From an uncultured Candidatus Actinomarina sp. (lineage in GTDB: Bacteria; Actinomycetota; Acidimicrobiia; Actinomarinales; Actinomarinaceae), in NCBI GenBank assembly GCA_902593475.1, contig CACJIM010000001.1, forward strand, positions 18,531-82,530: 64,000 nucleotides of DNA. Reading direction: 5' to 3'. A program made the translations under genes and the position numbers. How positions within the stretch are numbered: the stretch's first letter is position 1; each line of letters begins with the position of its first letter. The notes beneath the pieces were generated by a model, which saw nothing but the letters and a program-made list of their open reading frames with translations, was not told where the DNA came from and did no database searches. This document shows positions 1 to 9,116 of this stretch, piece by piece.

Positions 1-723
1 CGCTAGATCTCCAGAATTCCAATAGAATAAGCTTGCAATAGTAAGAACAATAAACCCAGCAAATCTAGCATTTCTCCTGAGATTTAAAGATTCGATGTTA
101 CGTGTAAAAATATAAACTAAGATTTGTAAGACTGACACTACAGCGGTGAATTTAATCATTGAAACAAATATAACATCACTATCATATGGAGCGTCATACC
201 ATTTTTCAGGATATAAAAATTTACCAATCGGAAGCCAATCTAATTTATAACCAAAAAACCACAACATCATAAGTGCGAACCATGGATAAAAAATTGTATA
301 AGAAAAAACAGATGTTACGGTTATCCATGTTTCAGACTTAGAACCTCTTCTCCAAGCTAAAATTTTCCCTATTAAAAATCCAGTATAAAATGCAACAATG
401 TTGACCATTGCAAATAGCATTAAAGTTCTTGGAAGTCTTTCAGCTATTAGCTCAATTGGAGTTCTCGGATAATGTTTATACGAATAACCAAAATCACCTT
501 GAAAAAAGTTACCAATATATAAAATTACTCTTTCAGAAAGTGGTTTATCTAGTCCATAAAGTTTAATTACTTGTTCATAAGCTTCAGGGGGTAGTTCTGG
601 GTTTAACAATAAATTCTGAAATGCATTTCCAGGAATTGAATCGAATAAAACGTATGATGTAACAAGAAATAGAAAAAAAACAATTATAAGTTGATATATT
701 CTTTTAAAAACGTATTTACCCAT
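1..723 (-). CDS. ABC transporter permease, peptide/nickel (DppB/OppB-like) family. Partial: the C-terminus lies beyond the window start.
   Basis: Not in the ORF track because it runs off the edge. My translation from ATG (complement of 721-723) gives MGKYVFKRIYQLIIVFFLFLVTSYVLFDSIPGNAFQNLLLNPELPPEAYEQVIKLYGLDKPLSERVILYIGNFFQGDFGYSYKHYPRTPIELIAERLPRTLML... This is the typical N-terminus of binding-protein-dependent permeases of the Dpp/Opp type. It lies directly downstream of a family-5 substrate-binding gene. Confidence 0.75.
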   Translation of the reverse strand, partial: MGKYVFKRIYQLIIVFFLFLVTSYVLFDSIPGNAFQNLLLNPELPPEAYEQVIKLYGLDKPLSERVILYIGNFFQGDFGYSYKHYPRTPIELIAERLPRTLMLFAMVNIVAFYTGFLIGKILAWRRGSKSETWITVTSVFSYTIFYPWFALMMLWFFGYKLDWLPIGKFLYPEKWYDAPYDSDVIFVSMIKFTAVVSVLQILVYIFTRNIESLNLRRNARFAGFIVLTIASLFYWNSGDLA

Positions 724-743
724 ATAAGCCCACTAACCATAAT

Positions 744-772
744 AATGGCGGGTAGATTAACTACCCGCCATT
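744..772 (-). promoter_or_regulatory. Intercistronic GC-rich stem-loop: perfect 12-bp inverted repeat with a 5-nt loop.
   Basis: The plus strand reads aatggcgggtag-attaa-ctacccgccatt. It sits between the SBP stop (788) and the permease start (723). No U-run follows it on the transcribed strand. Confidence 0.55.
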
Positions 773-787
773 AATTGTATTAACTAA

Positions 788-2779
788 TTATTTTTTACTT
801 TTAACGACACTTGGACAACCTTCACAGGCATCTGTGAGTCCTCCAAGAACATCAGTAAATGGATATTCTACTGTATCGCCTCTGTAAACCTCTAATACAG
901 GAGGGTTAAACAATACTAAGTAAGGAAGATCCTCAAAGAGTATTGCCTCCATTTGATTAGATAGCTTGATTGCTTCATCAACTGTCTTTGCAGCTTCAAA
1001 AGCATCTGCTACTGCATCAAATTCTGGATTGTTATATCCAGGTGTATTAAATCCACCGTTACAAGAATCATTTCTTGAGTGGAAGAAAGCTACAGCTGAG
1101 TCAGGATATATACCAACACCCCAACCTAACATGTAAAAATTCCAAGCTTCGCAGTTTTCTGCGCCGAAGACAATGTCAACAATAACACTGAAACCAGTAG
1201 GTCTTGCAGTTACATCAAAACCTAATTGTCTGATGTAGTCAGCAATGAACAATGAGAATGTATTTCTCAATGGATCATAACCAGGACCCGGTGCGTAGAT
1301 TAACATGTCTGCTGGTGGAACTTCACCATTTGGACCTTTAATTCCAGTTGGTGGAATAGCTCTTGTATCGTTACCTGGGTGTTCTCCCCAGTCATCCGCT
1401 GTCCATCCTGCGTCTTGTAGGATTGAGATAGCTTTCTCCCATTTTCCTACAGTATCAAGATCTTGACAATCAGCTAAAGTACCAGTCAAAGGTGGTGCCC
1501 AAGCTGTAAGAGCTCCTGATATAGTTCCATCCATTCTTTCAACAGTTCCTTGAAGAACACTGTTGATAATGAAATCTCTATCAACAATACAAGCTACTGC
1601 GTTTCTGAAAGCTTTGTCACTTCCAGGGAACAATCTTGTATTGTGTGCGAAATATCTCATACCAAGTGGCATGTTTTGCACTAACTCAACTCCAGGAACA
1701 GTTGCAAGCTGATTAAATAAGTTTCTCTTAACTCCTAATGGGTTAAGAACGAAATCAACTTCACCGTTTTGGAATGCTAAGTATGCTGCATCTTGATCGC
1801 TGTATAGTGTGTACTCAACAGTACCAACAAATGGTCCGCTATCATATGAGAACGAATCACCTGTTGTATTACCAAAGTCACCACTAAATGCAGGAGCTTT
1901 GCCATTGTCCCAATTCACGCTTGTACCACCACCATCATAAATAGTAGTTGTTCCGCCATACCACATGGTATTAGCGTCGTACTTCCATGTATAGAAAGCA
2001 CCTTGCTCAAGCTTATCGTAGACAAAAGCACTAGCTACTGGAGCATTAATTGCGTCATGAGCATACAAAGACTCTTTGTCAGTTGCTATGGACTCCCAAT
2101 ATGCCTTGCTAAATGCAGGACCTTGAGCAGTACCATATTGCCATGTTGATAATCCTGGGTCATAGTTGAAAGTTACACTGACTGTATAGTCATCAGTTGC
2201 AACAACACTTACAACACAGTTTTTACTTGATCCGTCATCGCCTTCACACAAATATGGATATGCACTTAAGAAGTTACCACCAAGTGATAATCCTTTTACA
2301 GTGTCGAAAGTAAACTGCCAGTCATTAGCAGTAATAGGACTTCCGTCACTCCATGTATATCCTTCTCTAACAGGAACGTTATAAGTAAATGTTCCATCAC
2401 CATTATCAACTGAAGTTTCGACTAGTTCACCAGCCATGTTAACTACAAGTTGATAGTTAGGTATTGATAGTGTGTAAAGAGAGGTAACTTGTCCGGACAT
2501 AACATAACCTGTCCAAACATCGGATTCTGTATCGTAGTAAGCCCAGTAATTATTAGATTGTGGATCTGAGAATATAGCCATCTTATAAACACCATCAGGT
2601 CCTGATGGAGCTGCTTCCTCAGCTGCTGCTGCAGTAGTTGCAGGGGCCGCAGTAGTTTCAGGTGCTTCTTCAGCAACTTCCTCTTCTGCTGTATCGCCAC
2701 CACATGCGACTACAACCATAGCAAAAACTGAGAAAAGTAATATAAGACGCCAAGACTTGGATCCTCTGAAATTACTCAA
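788..2779 (-). CDS. ABC transporter substrate-binding lipoprotein, family 5 (peptide/nickel/oligosaccharide type).
   Basis: Large family-5-like SBP (674 aa in the track). Lipoprotein signal ...WRLILLFSVFAMVVVAC-GG is followed by an Ala/Glu/Thr/Pro-rich linker. I prefer a TTG start at 2779, which is in frame (residue 12 of the track ORF) and 5 nt after AAGGAG (complement of 2785-2790). The track ATG at 2812 adds MWIFCIQKGEK ahead of the signal peptide. Confidence 0.8.
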   Translation of the reverse strand: MSNFRGSKSWRLILLFSVFAMVVVACGGDTAEEEVAEEAPETTAAPATTAAAAEEAAPSGPDGVYKMAIFSDPQSNNYWAYYDTESDVWTGYVMSGQVTSLYTLSIPNYQLVVNMAGELVETSVDNGDGTFTYNVPVREGYTWSDGSPITANDWQFTFDTVKGLSLGGNFLSAYPYLCEGDDGSSKNCVVSVVATDDYTVSVTFNYDPGLSTWQYGTAQGPAFSKAYWESIATDKESLYAHDAINAPVASAFVYDKLEQGAFYTWKYDANTMWYGGTTTIYDGGGTSVNWDNGKAPAFSGDFGNTTGDSFSYDSGPFVGTVEYTLYSDQDAAYLAFQNGEVDFVLNPLGVKRNLFNQLATVPGVELVQNMPLGMRYFAHNTRLFPGSDKAFRNAVACIVDRDFIINSVLQGTVERMDGTISGALTAWAPPLTGTLADCQDLDTVGKWEKAISILQDAGWTADDWGEHPGNDTRAIPPTGIKGPNGEVPPADMLIYAPGPGYDPLRNTFSLFIADYIRQLGFDVTARPTGFSVIVDIVFGAENCEAWNFYMLGWGVGIYPDSAVAFFHSRNDSCNGGFNTPGYNNPEFDAVADAFEAAKTVDEAIKLSNQMEAILFEDLPYLVLFNPPVLEVYRGDTVEYPFTDVLGGLTDACEGCPSVVKSKK

Positions 2780-2788
2780 TTTCTCTCC

Positions 2789-2822
2789 TTTTTGTATACA
2801 AAAAATCCACATAAATGTGGAT
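2789..2822 (-). promoter_or_regulatory. Two abutting perfect palindromes in the SBP leader: a 16-nt tttttgtatacaaaaa and an 18-nt atccacat-aa-atgtggat.
   Basis: Read directly. On the mRNA strand: ATCCACATTTATGTGGAT-TTTTTGTATACAAAAA-GGAGAG-AAA-TTG. This is a hairpin plus U-run immediately upstream of the SD and start, so it could be an attenuator or an operator. Confidence 0.4.
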
Positions 2823-2983
2823 GTACTAATATTAGAAAATTTATCTGCTAATTCAATGCATAATTGAAATTATTTTATAATTCGTTTGAATAATACTATT
2901 AACTTATTAAGTAATATAAAGCTTGAAATATCCTTATTGCAATATAAAAGCCAGCAGCAAAAACTATTAATTTAAATCCAAAA

Positions 2984-4285
2984 CTATGCATTGATTTTGA
3001 CTTTAAAACATATATTTTTCATATTGAAATTTTGTCTAATTTTGTTTTCTATAAACACCTGATAGTTTTTTGGAATTCTAGAACTTAGATTGAATGAAAA
3101 CTCGGGAGGATAAGAAGAATATTGAGTCACATATTTTAGTTTTGCTCTTTTACCTCTAAAAGGATGGGGTGGATTTTTTATCCACAATTCTCTAAATTTA
3201 ATGTTTAACTCTGAAGTGCCAATTCTTGTATGTAATTGATCTTCTACGTCTTTAATGCTCTTACTAATTTGTGTAATATTTTTTTTGTTTAAAGCAGAAA
3301 TACGTAATACATTTACCCACTGGTATTGCTTTAATTCATTTTTAATATTTTTATTTATTTCTTCCTTTTTATAAGTATCTAATTTATCCCATTTATTGAA
3401 AACAACTAAGGGAGTTACATTTTGCTCTATTGCTTCTTTTAATATTCTTTTGTCTTCAAAGGAAAGACCAACTTCACTATCTATAACAATTAATGCTAAA
3501 GTTGCATTTTCAAGAGATCTTATAGCTACAGTCGATGAGTACTTATCAATTTGATTATTTTGTTTTTTTCTTGGAATCCCAGCTGTATCAGTAATTTGAT
3601 ATGACACAGTATTTAAATTAATATCTTCGTTTATTTTATCCCTAGTCGTACCTGGTACGTTTGAAACAGTCGATCTGTTACTATTTAATAGAGCATTAAA
3701 CAAAGTTGATTTTCCAGCATTGGGACGACCAACAATAACTATTGAAGATTTGTTATCATTATCATTAGAACTTTTCTTCGAAAGTTTTTTAAGAATATTT
3801 TCTAAAACGTCTAACCCTTTTTTGTGATATGCAGAGATAAATAATTCTTTATTGAATATATATTTATACATTCTCTTGTCTAAATTTTCAATTTCAAAGT
3901 TTTCTGCCTTATTAAATACTGTGGTAGTTTTATTTTGCAAATTGTTATTGTTTATTAATTTAAAAATAGAATCCAAGCCGGAATAGTTTTTTGATTGTAC
4001 ATCTATTAAAAACAATATATGGTCTGCTTTGTTTATGTATCTTAAAATATTATCTTGAAATTTAACGTTAATATCATCTGGATCTTCTAAAAAACCAGGT
4101 AAGTCTGAAATTAATAGCTTTTTTTCATCTTCAAACTCTAAAGTTGTAGTTACTTTATCTCTTGTTGTATTTGGTGTAGAACCAATAATAGATGTTTTTC
4201 TTTTAGATAAAGCGTTTACTAATGTTGATTTACCAGCATTTGGTAATCCGAGTATTAAAACCTCTGGGATTTTATTTTTAGTCAT
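2984..4285 (-). CDS. der: Ribosome-biogenesis GTPase Der (EngA).
   Basis: Two tandem G domains with P-loops GLPNAGKST and GRPNAGKST, DxxG motifs, NKxD motifs, and a C-terminal KH-like domain. Confidence 0.9.
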   Translation of the reverse strand: MTKNKIPEVLILGLPNAGKSTLVNALSKRKTSIIGSTPNTTRDKVTTTLEFEDEKKLLISDLPGFLEDPDDINVKFQDNILRYINKADHILFLIDVQSKNYSGLDSIFKLINNNNLQNKTTTVFNKAENFEIENLDKRMYKYIFNKELFISAYHKKGLDVLENILKKLSKKSSNDNDNKSSIVIVGRPNAGKSTLFNALLNSNRSTVSNVPGTTRDKINEDINLNTVSYQITDTAGIPRKKQNNQIDKYSSTVAIRSLENATLALIVIDSEVGLSFEDKRILKEAIEQNVTPLVVFNKWDKLDTYKKEEINKNIKNELKQYQWVNVLRISALNKKNITQISKSIKDVEDQLHTRIGTSELNIKFRELWIKNPPHPFRGKRAKLKYVTQYSSYPPEFSFNLSSRIPKNYQVFIENKIRQNFNMKNICFKVKINA

Positions 4286-4311
4286 ATTATAAATATAGCT
4301 ATTCTATTTAT

Positions 4312-5340
4312 ATGGTAAACAAACTATATTTAGTTACTCCTAGAGGTTTCTGTGCTGGTGTTGAAATGGCTATAAAGGCTTTACACTGGTTATTAAAAAT
4401 CTATGATGAAACAATCTATTGCTATCACGAAATAGTACACAATAAATGGATAGTTAAAGAGTTTGAAAAAAATAATGTTGTTTTTGTAGAAGACCCTAAT
4501 GAAATCCCTGAAGGCGCAATTGTTATGTTATCTGCACATGGAACTGCACCTGAAATTGAACTTCAATTTAATAATATATCTTCATTAACTATTAATTCTG
4601 TATGTCCATTAGTTACAAAAGTTCATCATGAAGCAAAAAAATTTAGTAAAGAAAATACTCAAATTATTTATGTGGGTCATAAAAATCATGATGAAGCAAA
4701 AGGTGCGATTGGTGTTTCACCTGACAACATGCACTTAGTTGAGAGTATTGAAGATGTTAAAGCATTAGAAATTGGAAATGATGTTGCTCTACTTGCGCAG
4801 ACTACTTTAGCTCTATCAGAGTGGGAACCAATTATGAAATATTCACAAGAAAGATTTAATGGTTTAAAAATGCCTAGGAAAAGTGACTTATGTTATGCAA
4901 CTACCAATAGACAAGAAGCGATATTAGATATTCTTCCAGAAGTTAATACAGTTCTTGTTGTGGGATCAGAAAATTCAAGTAACACCAAAGCACTAGTTAG
5001 TATGGTTAAAAATCAAGGTGTTGAAGCCTATCGTGTAGACAACGTTAACGATATAGAAAACCTAAATCTGAATGGTAATATTGCGATTACGGCAGGGGCG
5101 TCTGCACCAGATCATCTTGTTTACGAAATTATAGATAAAATAAACCCTATTAATCTAGAACAATTTAGATTGAAAGAAGAAGATGAATATTTTCCACTAC
5201 CTCAACAACTGAGATCTAATATTAAAAATATTTCAGATTTTTTGAACATTTTGAATATTTCAGAAACTATTCCAAAGTCAGCATGTGGAATTAATAATGA
5301 TAAGAAATGGACTGCTACTGAAGCTTTAAATTCTCTTTAA
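4312..5340 (+). CDS. ispH: 4-hydroxy-3-methylbut-2-enyl diphosphate reductase.
   Basis: N-terminus LVTPRGFCAGVEMAI, the HEIVHN motif, and conserved Cys positions of IspH/LytB. The 3' end overlaps convergent cmk by 26 nt. Confidence 0.9.
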   Translation: MVNKLYLVTPRGFCAGVEMAIKALHWLLKIYDETIYCYHEIVHNKWIVKEFEKNNVVFVEDPNEIPEGAIVMLSAHGTAPEIELQFNNISSLTINSVCPLVTKVHHEAKKFSKENTQIIYVGHKNHDEAKGAIGVSPDNMHLVESIEDVKALEIGNDVALLAQTTLALSEWEPIMKYSQERFNGLKMPRKSDLCYATTNRQEAILDILPEVNTVLVVGSENSSNTKALVSMVKNQGVEAYRVDNVNDIENLNLNGNIAITAGASAPDHLVYEIIDKINPINLEQFRLKEEDEYFPLPQQLRSNIKNISDFLNILNISETIPKSACGINNDKKWTATEALNSL

Positions 5341-5932
5341 TAATTTCAATTACCTCATCAATAGTTTTATTTTCATTGTTTATAACTATTGCATCATCAG
5401 GAATAATAAGTGGAGAAATTTTTCTATTGATATCTCTTGAATCCCTAGCTCTTATATCTTCAACTGATTCTTTGTTACCAGATTGAGCTATTCTTCTCTC
5501 GCTTCTTGTTGTTTCACTTGCATTTAAATATATTTTTAAATTAGCATTCTTGAAAACTACACTACCCATATCTCTTCCTTCAACAACTAACCCAGTATTT
5601 GAATTATCAAATAAAAATTTGAGTACATTAGACACAAGCATTCTTATTTCACTCAACTGAGCTATTTCAGAACTTTTTCTATTAATTTGTGGGGTATATA
5701 AATTTTCTTCTTCGTATACATTTCCGTCAACTTTACAAACTACTGGATCATTAGATAATATTTCAAATTCATTTAGATTAAAAGAATTGGTTTTTTCATT
5801 ATGTAATGCAATGACTCTGTAAAGCAGGCCTGATGAAAAAAATTCAAAGTTTAATTCAGAAGCTAAACGTTTACCTATTGTAGTTTTACCTACACCAGAT
5901 GGGCCATCTAAGGTTATTAATGTTTTACTCAT
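5315..5932 (-). CDS. cmk: Cytidylate kinase.
   Basis: ITLDGPSGVGKTT P-loop, about 205 aa. Synteny rluB-cmk-der as in other actinobacteria. Confidence 0.88.
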   Translation of the reverse strand: MSKTLITLDGPSGVGKTTIGKRLASELNFEFFSSGLLYRVIALHNEKTNSFNLNEFEILSNDPVVCKVDGNVYEEENLYTPQINRKSSEIAQLSEIRMLVSNVLKFLFDNSNTGLVVEGRDMGSVVFKNANLKIYLNASETTRSERRIAQSGNKESVEDIRARDSRDINRKISPLIIPDDAIVINNENKTIDEVIEIIKENLKLQ

Positions 5933-6579
5933 AATTCTATTTTAGACAATTGACCTTTAGACATATTACCTAAAGTGTATTTACCAATTTTTTCACGTTT
6001 TAATTCTCTTATATCTAAATCGTTAAATCTAAATATTTTACGTATTTCATGATTTTTACCAGATAATAATGTCACGTTATACGTATAAGAGTTAATAACT
6101 TTTATATTGTGAATTTTTAAAGTTTGACCTTCAAAAGTAATTTTTGTTCTTATTTTTTTATTTTTATTTATTTTATTTTTCAAAGTAACTTTATATTTTT
6201 TCTGAATCTTATTCTTTGAGTGAAATATTTTATTTAACCAATCACCATCAGTGCTTAGTAACATCAAGCCTTCAGAATCTTTGTCTAACCTGCCACCAAA
6301 TTTAAGATAATTTTTTCCAATTAGATCATAGATCGTTGGTGCATTTCCTTGTTTGTTATGAGAACAAACATATCCTTTTGGTTTGTAAAATTTGTAATAC
6401 TCATGAGTATTGTTATTTGATAACTTTTTGTTGTTAACAAATACAGCATCATTTTGTTTAACTATATACCCAACCTCTGGTACTTTACCATTAACAATAA
6501 CTTCACCAGATTGAATTAATTCATCTGCTTTTCTTCGAGATGAAGGAAGATTTAACGCGATAAATTTATTTAATCTCAA
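5929..6579 (-). CDS. rluB: Pseudouridine synthase, RsuA/RluB family.
   Basis: N-terminal S4 domain (MRLNKFIALNLPSSRRKADELI) and catalytic GRLDKDSEGLMLL motif. Confidence 0.85.
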   Translation of the reverse strand: MRLNKFIALNLPSSRRKADELIQSGEVIVNGKVPEVGYIVKQNDAVFVNNKKLSNNNTHEYYKFYKPKGYVCSHNKQGNAPTIYDLIGKNYLKFGGRLDKDSEGLMLLSTDGDWLNKIFHSKNKIQKKYKVTLKNKINKNKKIRTKITFEGQTLKIHNIKVINSYTYNVTLLSGKNHEIRKIFRFNDLDIRELKREKIGKYTLGNMSKGQLSKIEL

Positions 6580-6585
6580 AGAGGT

Positions 6586-7110
6586 TTACTCTTCCTCTAG
6601 ATTTGAAAAATATTCACCTAATACCGGAAGGTCATCAATAGATGATATATCCATCTTTTCTAAGAAGAGATTAGTTGTTATATATAAATGAGGATTTCCT
6701 GGAACATCTAGATAACCTGATTTTTCAACAAGACCTCTAGATTCTAAAGTTTTAAGAGATGACTCTGACTCAACCCCTCTTATCTCACTTACTTTGAGTT
6801 TTGTTACTGGCTGCTCATACGCAACAATAGATAATGTTTCTAGTGCTGGAGTAGATAATCCTCTTAAAACTGAAGGTGGTTTGAATTCAGCTAATTCAGT
6901 AGAAATTGAACTCAAAGTTACTAAGTCAGAAGATTTACCATCATATTTAATATAAAAGCCATAATCTTTTTCATTTAATTCATCGTTTATATCATCAAAA
7001 ATATTAATCAAATCTTCATTGGAGATTTTAAAATTTTCTAAAAAATATTTATGATGAACTGAACCATCAGAAACTAACAAAATAGCGGTTATAACTTTTT
7101 TATAATTCAT
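6586..7110 (-). CDS. scpB: Segregation and condensation protein B.
   Basis: Winged-helix ScpB pattern (LSTPALETLSIVAYEQPVTKLKVSEIRGV). Overlaps upstream scpA. Confidence 0.85.
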   Translation of the reverse strand: MNYKKVITAILLVSDGSVHHKYFLENFKISNEDLINIFDDINDELNEKDYGFYIKYDGKSSDLVTLSSISTELAEFKPPSVLRGLSTPALETLSIVAYEQPVTKLKVSEIRGVESESSLKTLESRGLVEKSGYLDVPGNPHLYITTNLFLEKMDISSIDDLPVLGEYFSNLEEE

Positions 7111-7801
7111 AATTTTTTTCTATTTTAATACCGTCATCGTTTTGACTAGCTTTAACAAAACCCCATCTTACAGCTTCTAAAAGTGCGAGGAAAAAAGCTA
7201 TGGCCTCTTTTTCAGTATTTACTTCATTTAAGATGCTTTCAAAAGATGTATTTAACCTTTTATCAACAACTTGCAATAAATCATCAATTGCTTTCTGTAA
7301 ATCTGGTAAATCTTTATCTAAATGTTTAAAGCCTTCAATTGTTTTAAATCTTTTAAAAACTTCAATAGCTACTTCATTAAATTTATCTTTATTTATTTCG
7401 TACTCAACATCGGGTTTAGGAAACAAATTTTTAGTTTGATAATATTTAAATGACTTGATTTCATTTTCGTTATATTTAATTTTGGAAGCTAAGGCAATAC
7501 CAATTTCAGAAAATGCTTTAAATTGTAAAAGCCTAGCAAATGCCAGGTCTTTATCTTTAAGAACTTCCACTTCATCCATCCACTCAATTTCTTCTTCTTG
7601 AGGTAGCATTCTTTTAGCTTTTAATTCAAATAGTGAAGAAGCAAGTAATATAAACTCTGCGTAGTTTTCAATTTCATTATTTAGATTTTTTGACTCTAGA
7701 CTGCTGAACAAATCATTTAAACTTTCATCAATTTGTGAATTATTTGACGTATAGTTGATTAATAGAGATTTTAATGCGTCTACTAAGAAACTTAATTCCA
7801 T
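7100..7801 (-). CDS. scpA: Segregation and condensation protein A (kleisin).
   Basis: Size, position upstream of scpB, and ScpA-like C-terminus (AFFLALLEAVRWGFV). Confidence 0.8.
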   Translation of the reverse strand: MELSFLVDALKSLLINYTSNNSQIDESLNDLFSSLESKNLNNEIENYAEFILLASSLFELKAKRMLPQEEEIEWMDEVEVLKDKDLAFARLLQFKAFSEIGIALASKIKYNENEIKSFKYYQTKNLFPKPDVEYEINKDKFNEVAIEVFKRFKTIEGFKHLDKDLPDLQKAIDDLLQVVDKRLNTSFESILNEVNTEKEAIAFFLALLEAVRWGFVKASQNDDGIKIEKNYEL

Positions 7802-8241
7802 TAAAAATCAGTCTTATCTAGTATTTCATTTTTTTCTGTAAGTAAATTATCAAAATAATATTTACTTATATCAGGATCATCTATATTTTCTTTTAATAGA
7901 TCGTACCCTATGTCTTCATGGTTCAGATAATCAAATGCTTTTCTGTTTGTTACAAGTTTTAATTCAGCCATTATCCTAAATAACCAATTGTATTCAGATA
8001 TAGATTTTCCTATATCATGTAACAAAGACAGCTTTAATAAATCTTCATTATTTGAATATTTCATAGTTCTTTCTAATACTTCCAATGAATGGTGTCTGTC
8101 TGCTTTTGACATTTTCCAGAAAAGTTGTTCTAACTGTTCATTATCGAGAATTTTTGAAATTCTAATTTGATCTACAATACTTATATCTTTGTAAAATAAA
8201 AATCTTATAGCTCTTTTTGCTTTTGAAAATAGTTCATTCAT
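7801..8241 (-). CDS. Small HD-domain protein.
   Basis: The H...HD signature (DRHHSLEV ... LLHDIGKS). Function unknown. Confidence 0.55.
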   Translation of the reverse strand: MNELFSKAKRAIRFLFYKDISIVDQIRISKILDNEQLEQLFWKMSKADRHHSLEVLERTMKYSNNEDLLKLSLLHDIGKSISEYNWLFRIMAELKLVTNRKAFDYLNHEDIGYDLLKENIDDPDISKYYFDNLLTEKNEILDKTDF

Positions 8242-9116
8242 GACCTTGGATGACTTTCTGTAAATGCTTCTTCTAAAAATTCTTTCGTAACTTTAGTATA
8301 TATCTGCGTGGTTGAAACAGAGCTATGCCCTAAAAATTCTTGAACTGTTCTTAAGTCACATCCGCCTTCAAGCATATGAGTAGCTGCACTATGTCTTAAT
8401 GTATGAGGATGAACATCGGTCTGTAAAAAAATATTCATAGCAGTTTTTTTTATTATTCTGAACACAGCAGTTCTATCTAATTTATTTTTTGATTTAGATA
8501 AAAAGAGTGGTTCTCCCCTGTTTTGTAAAAATGTATCCCTAACATTTAAATATTGCAAAAGGTTTTTATATAACATAGATCCAATTGGTACAATTCTTTG
8601 TTTAGAACCTTTGCCTTTCAATTTTAAATATTTCTCATCTAAATCAATATCAGATATATTTATGTCACATAGTTCAGAAACTCTACATCCAGTAGAATAA
8701 AGTACATCAATAACAGTTCTGTTCCTAGAATCTAAATAAGTTTCATGATTGTAAAAATTTATCATATTTTCAATATCAGTAATAGAGAGTACTTCGGGGA
8801 GCTTTTTAGAAGATTTAAGTTTTATATCTGAAATATCTATTGATTCATAATCTTCATTTTCATTTATGTACTTTAAAAAATTTTTAATACTGGAGTGCAT
8901 TCGTTTCTTTGTTGATGTTGAATAATTGAATTCTGACAAATCTATAAAAAAATTATCTATATTTGTTTTTGACAAGTCTTGGTTTTGTAAATAATTAGAT
9001 AATTTTGTTAAATCAGATTTGTATGAATCAACAGTGTTTTGAGATAGTCCCTTTTGATATAAAAGATATTCTGAAAATGAACTTATTGATTTATTAATCT
9101 TTGACTTTATGTTCAT
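8238..9116 (-). CDS. xerD: Tyrosine recombinase XerD/XerC (chromosome dimer resolution).
   Basis: C-terminal catalytic block HPHTLRHSAATHMLEGGCDLRTVQEFLGHSSVSTTQIYTKV. Housekeeping synteny pyrG-xerD-scpAB. Confidence 0.85.
   Translation of the reverse strand: MNIKSKINKSISSFSEYLLYQKGLSQNTVDSYKSDLTKLSNYLQNQDLSKTNIDNFFIDLSEFNYSTSTKKRMHSSIKNFLKYINENEDYESIDISDIKLKSSKKLPEVLSITDIENMINFYNHETYLDSRNRTVIDVLYSTGCRVSELCDINISDIDLDEKYLKLKGKGSKQRIVPIGSMLYKNLLQYLNVRDTFLQNRGEPLFLSKSKNKLDRTAVFRIIKKTAMNIFLQTDVHPHTLRHSAATHMLEGGCDLRTVQEFLGHSSVSTTQIYTKVTKEFLEEAFTESHPRS

Noticed and set aside
2780-2812. Upstream ATG extension of the SBP ORF (MWIFCIQKGEK...).
   Set aside because: The ATG lies inside the leader palindrome and has no SD. 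It puts 11 odd residues ahead of an otherwise canonical lipoprotein signal peptide. The in-frame TTG at 2779 has AAGGAG at the ideal distance.
8238-9116. Tyrosine recombinase as a marker of a mobile element.
   Set aside because: It sits in the conserved pyrG-xerD-scpAB context and has the XerC/D-type catalytic C-terminus. No flanking repeats or cargo genes are present, so it is the housekeeping dimer-resolution recombinase.
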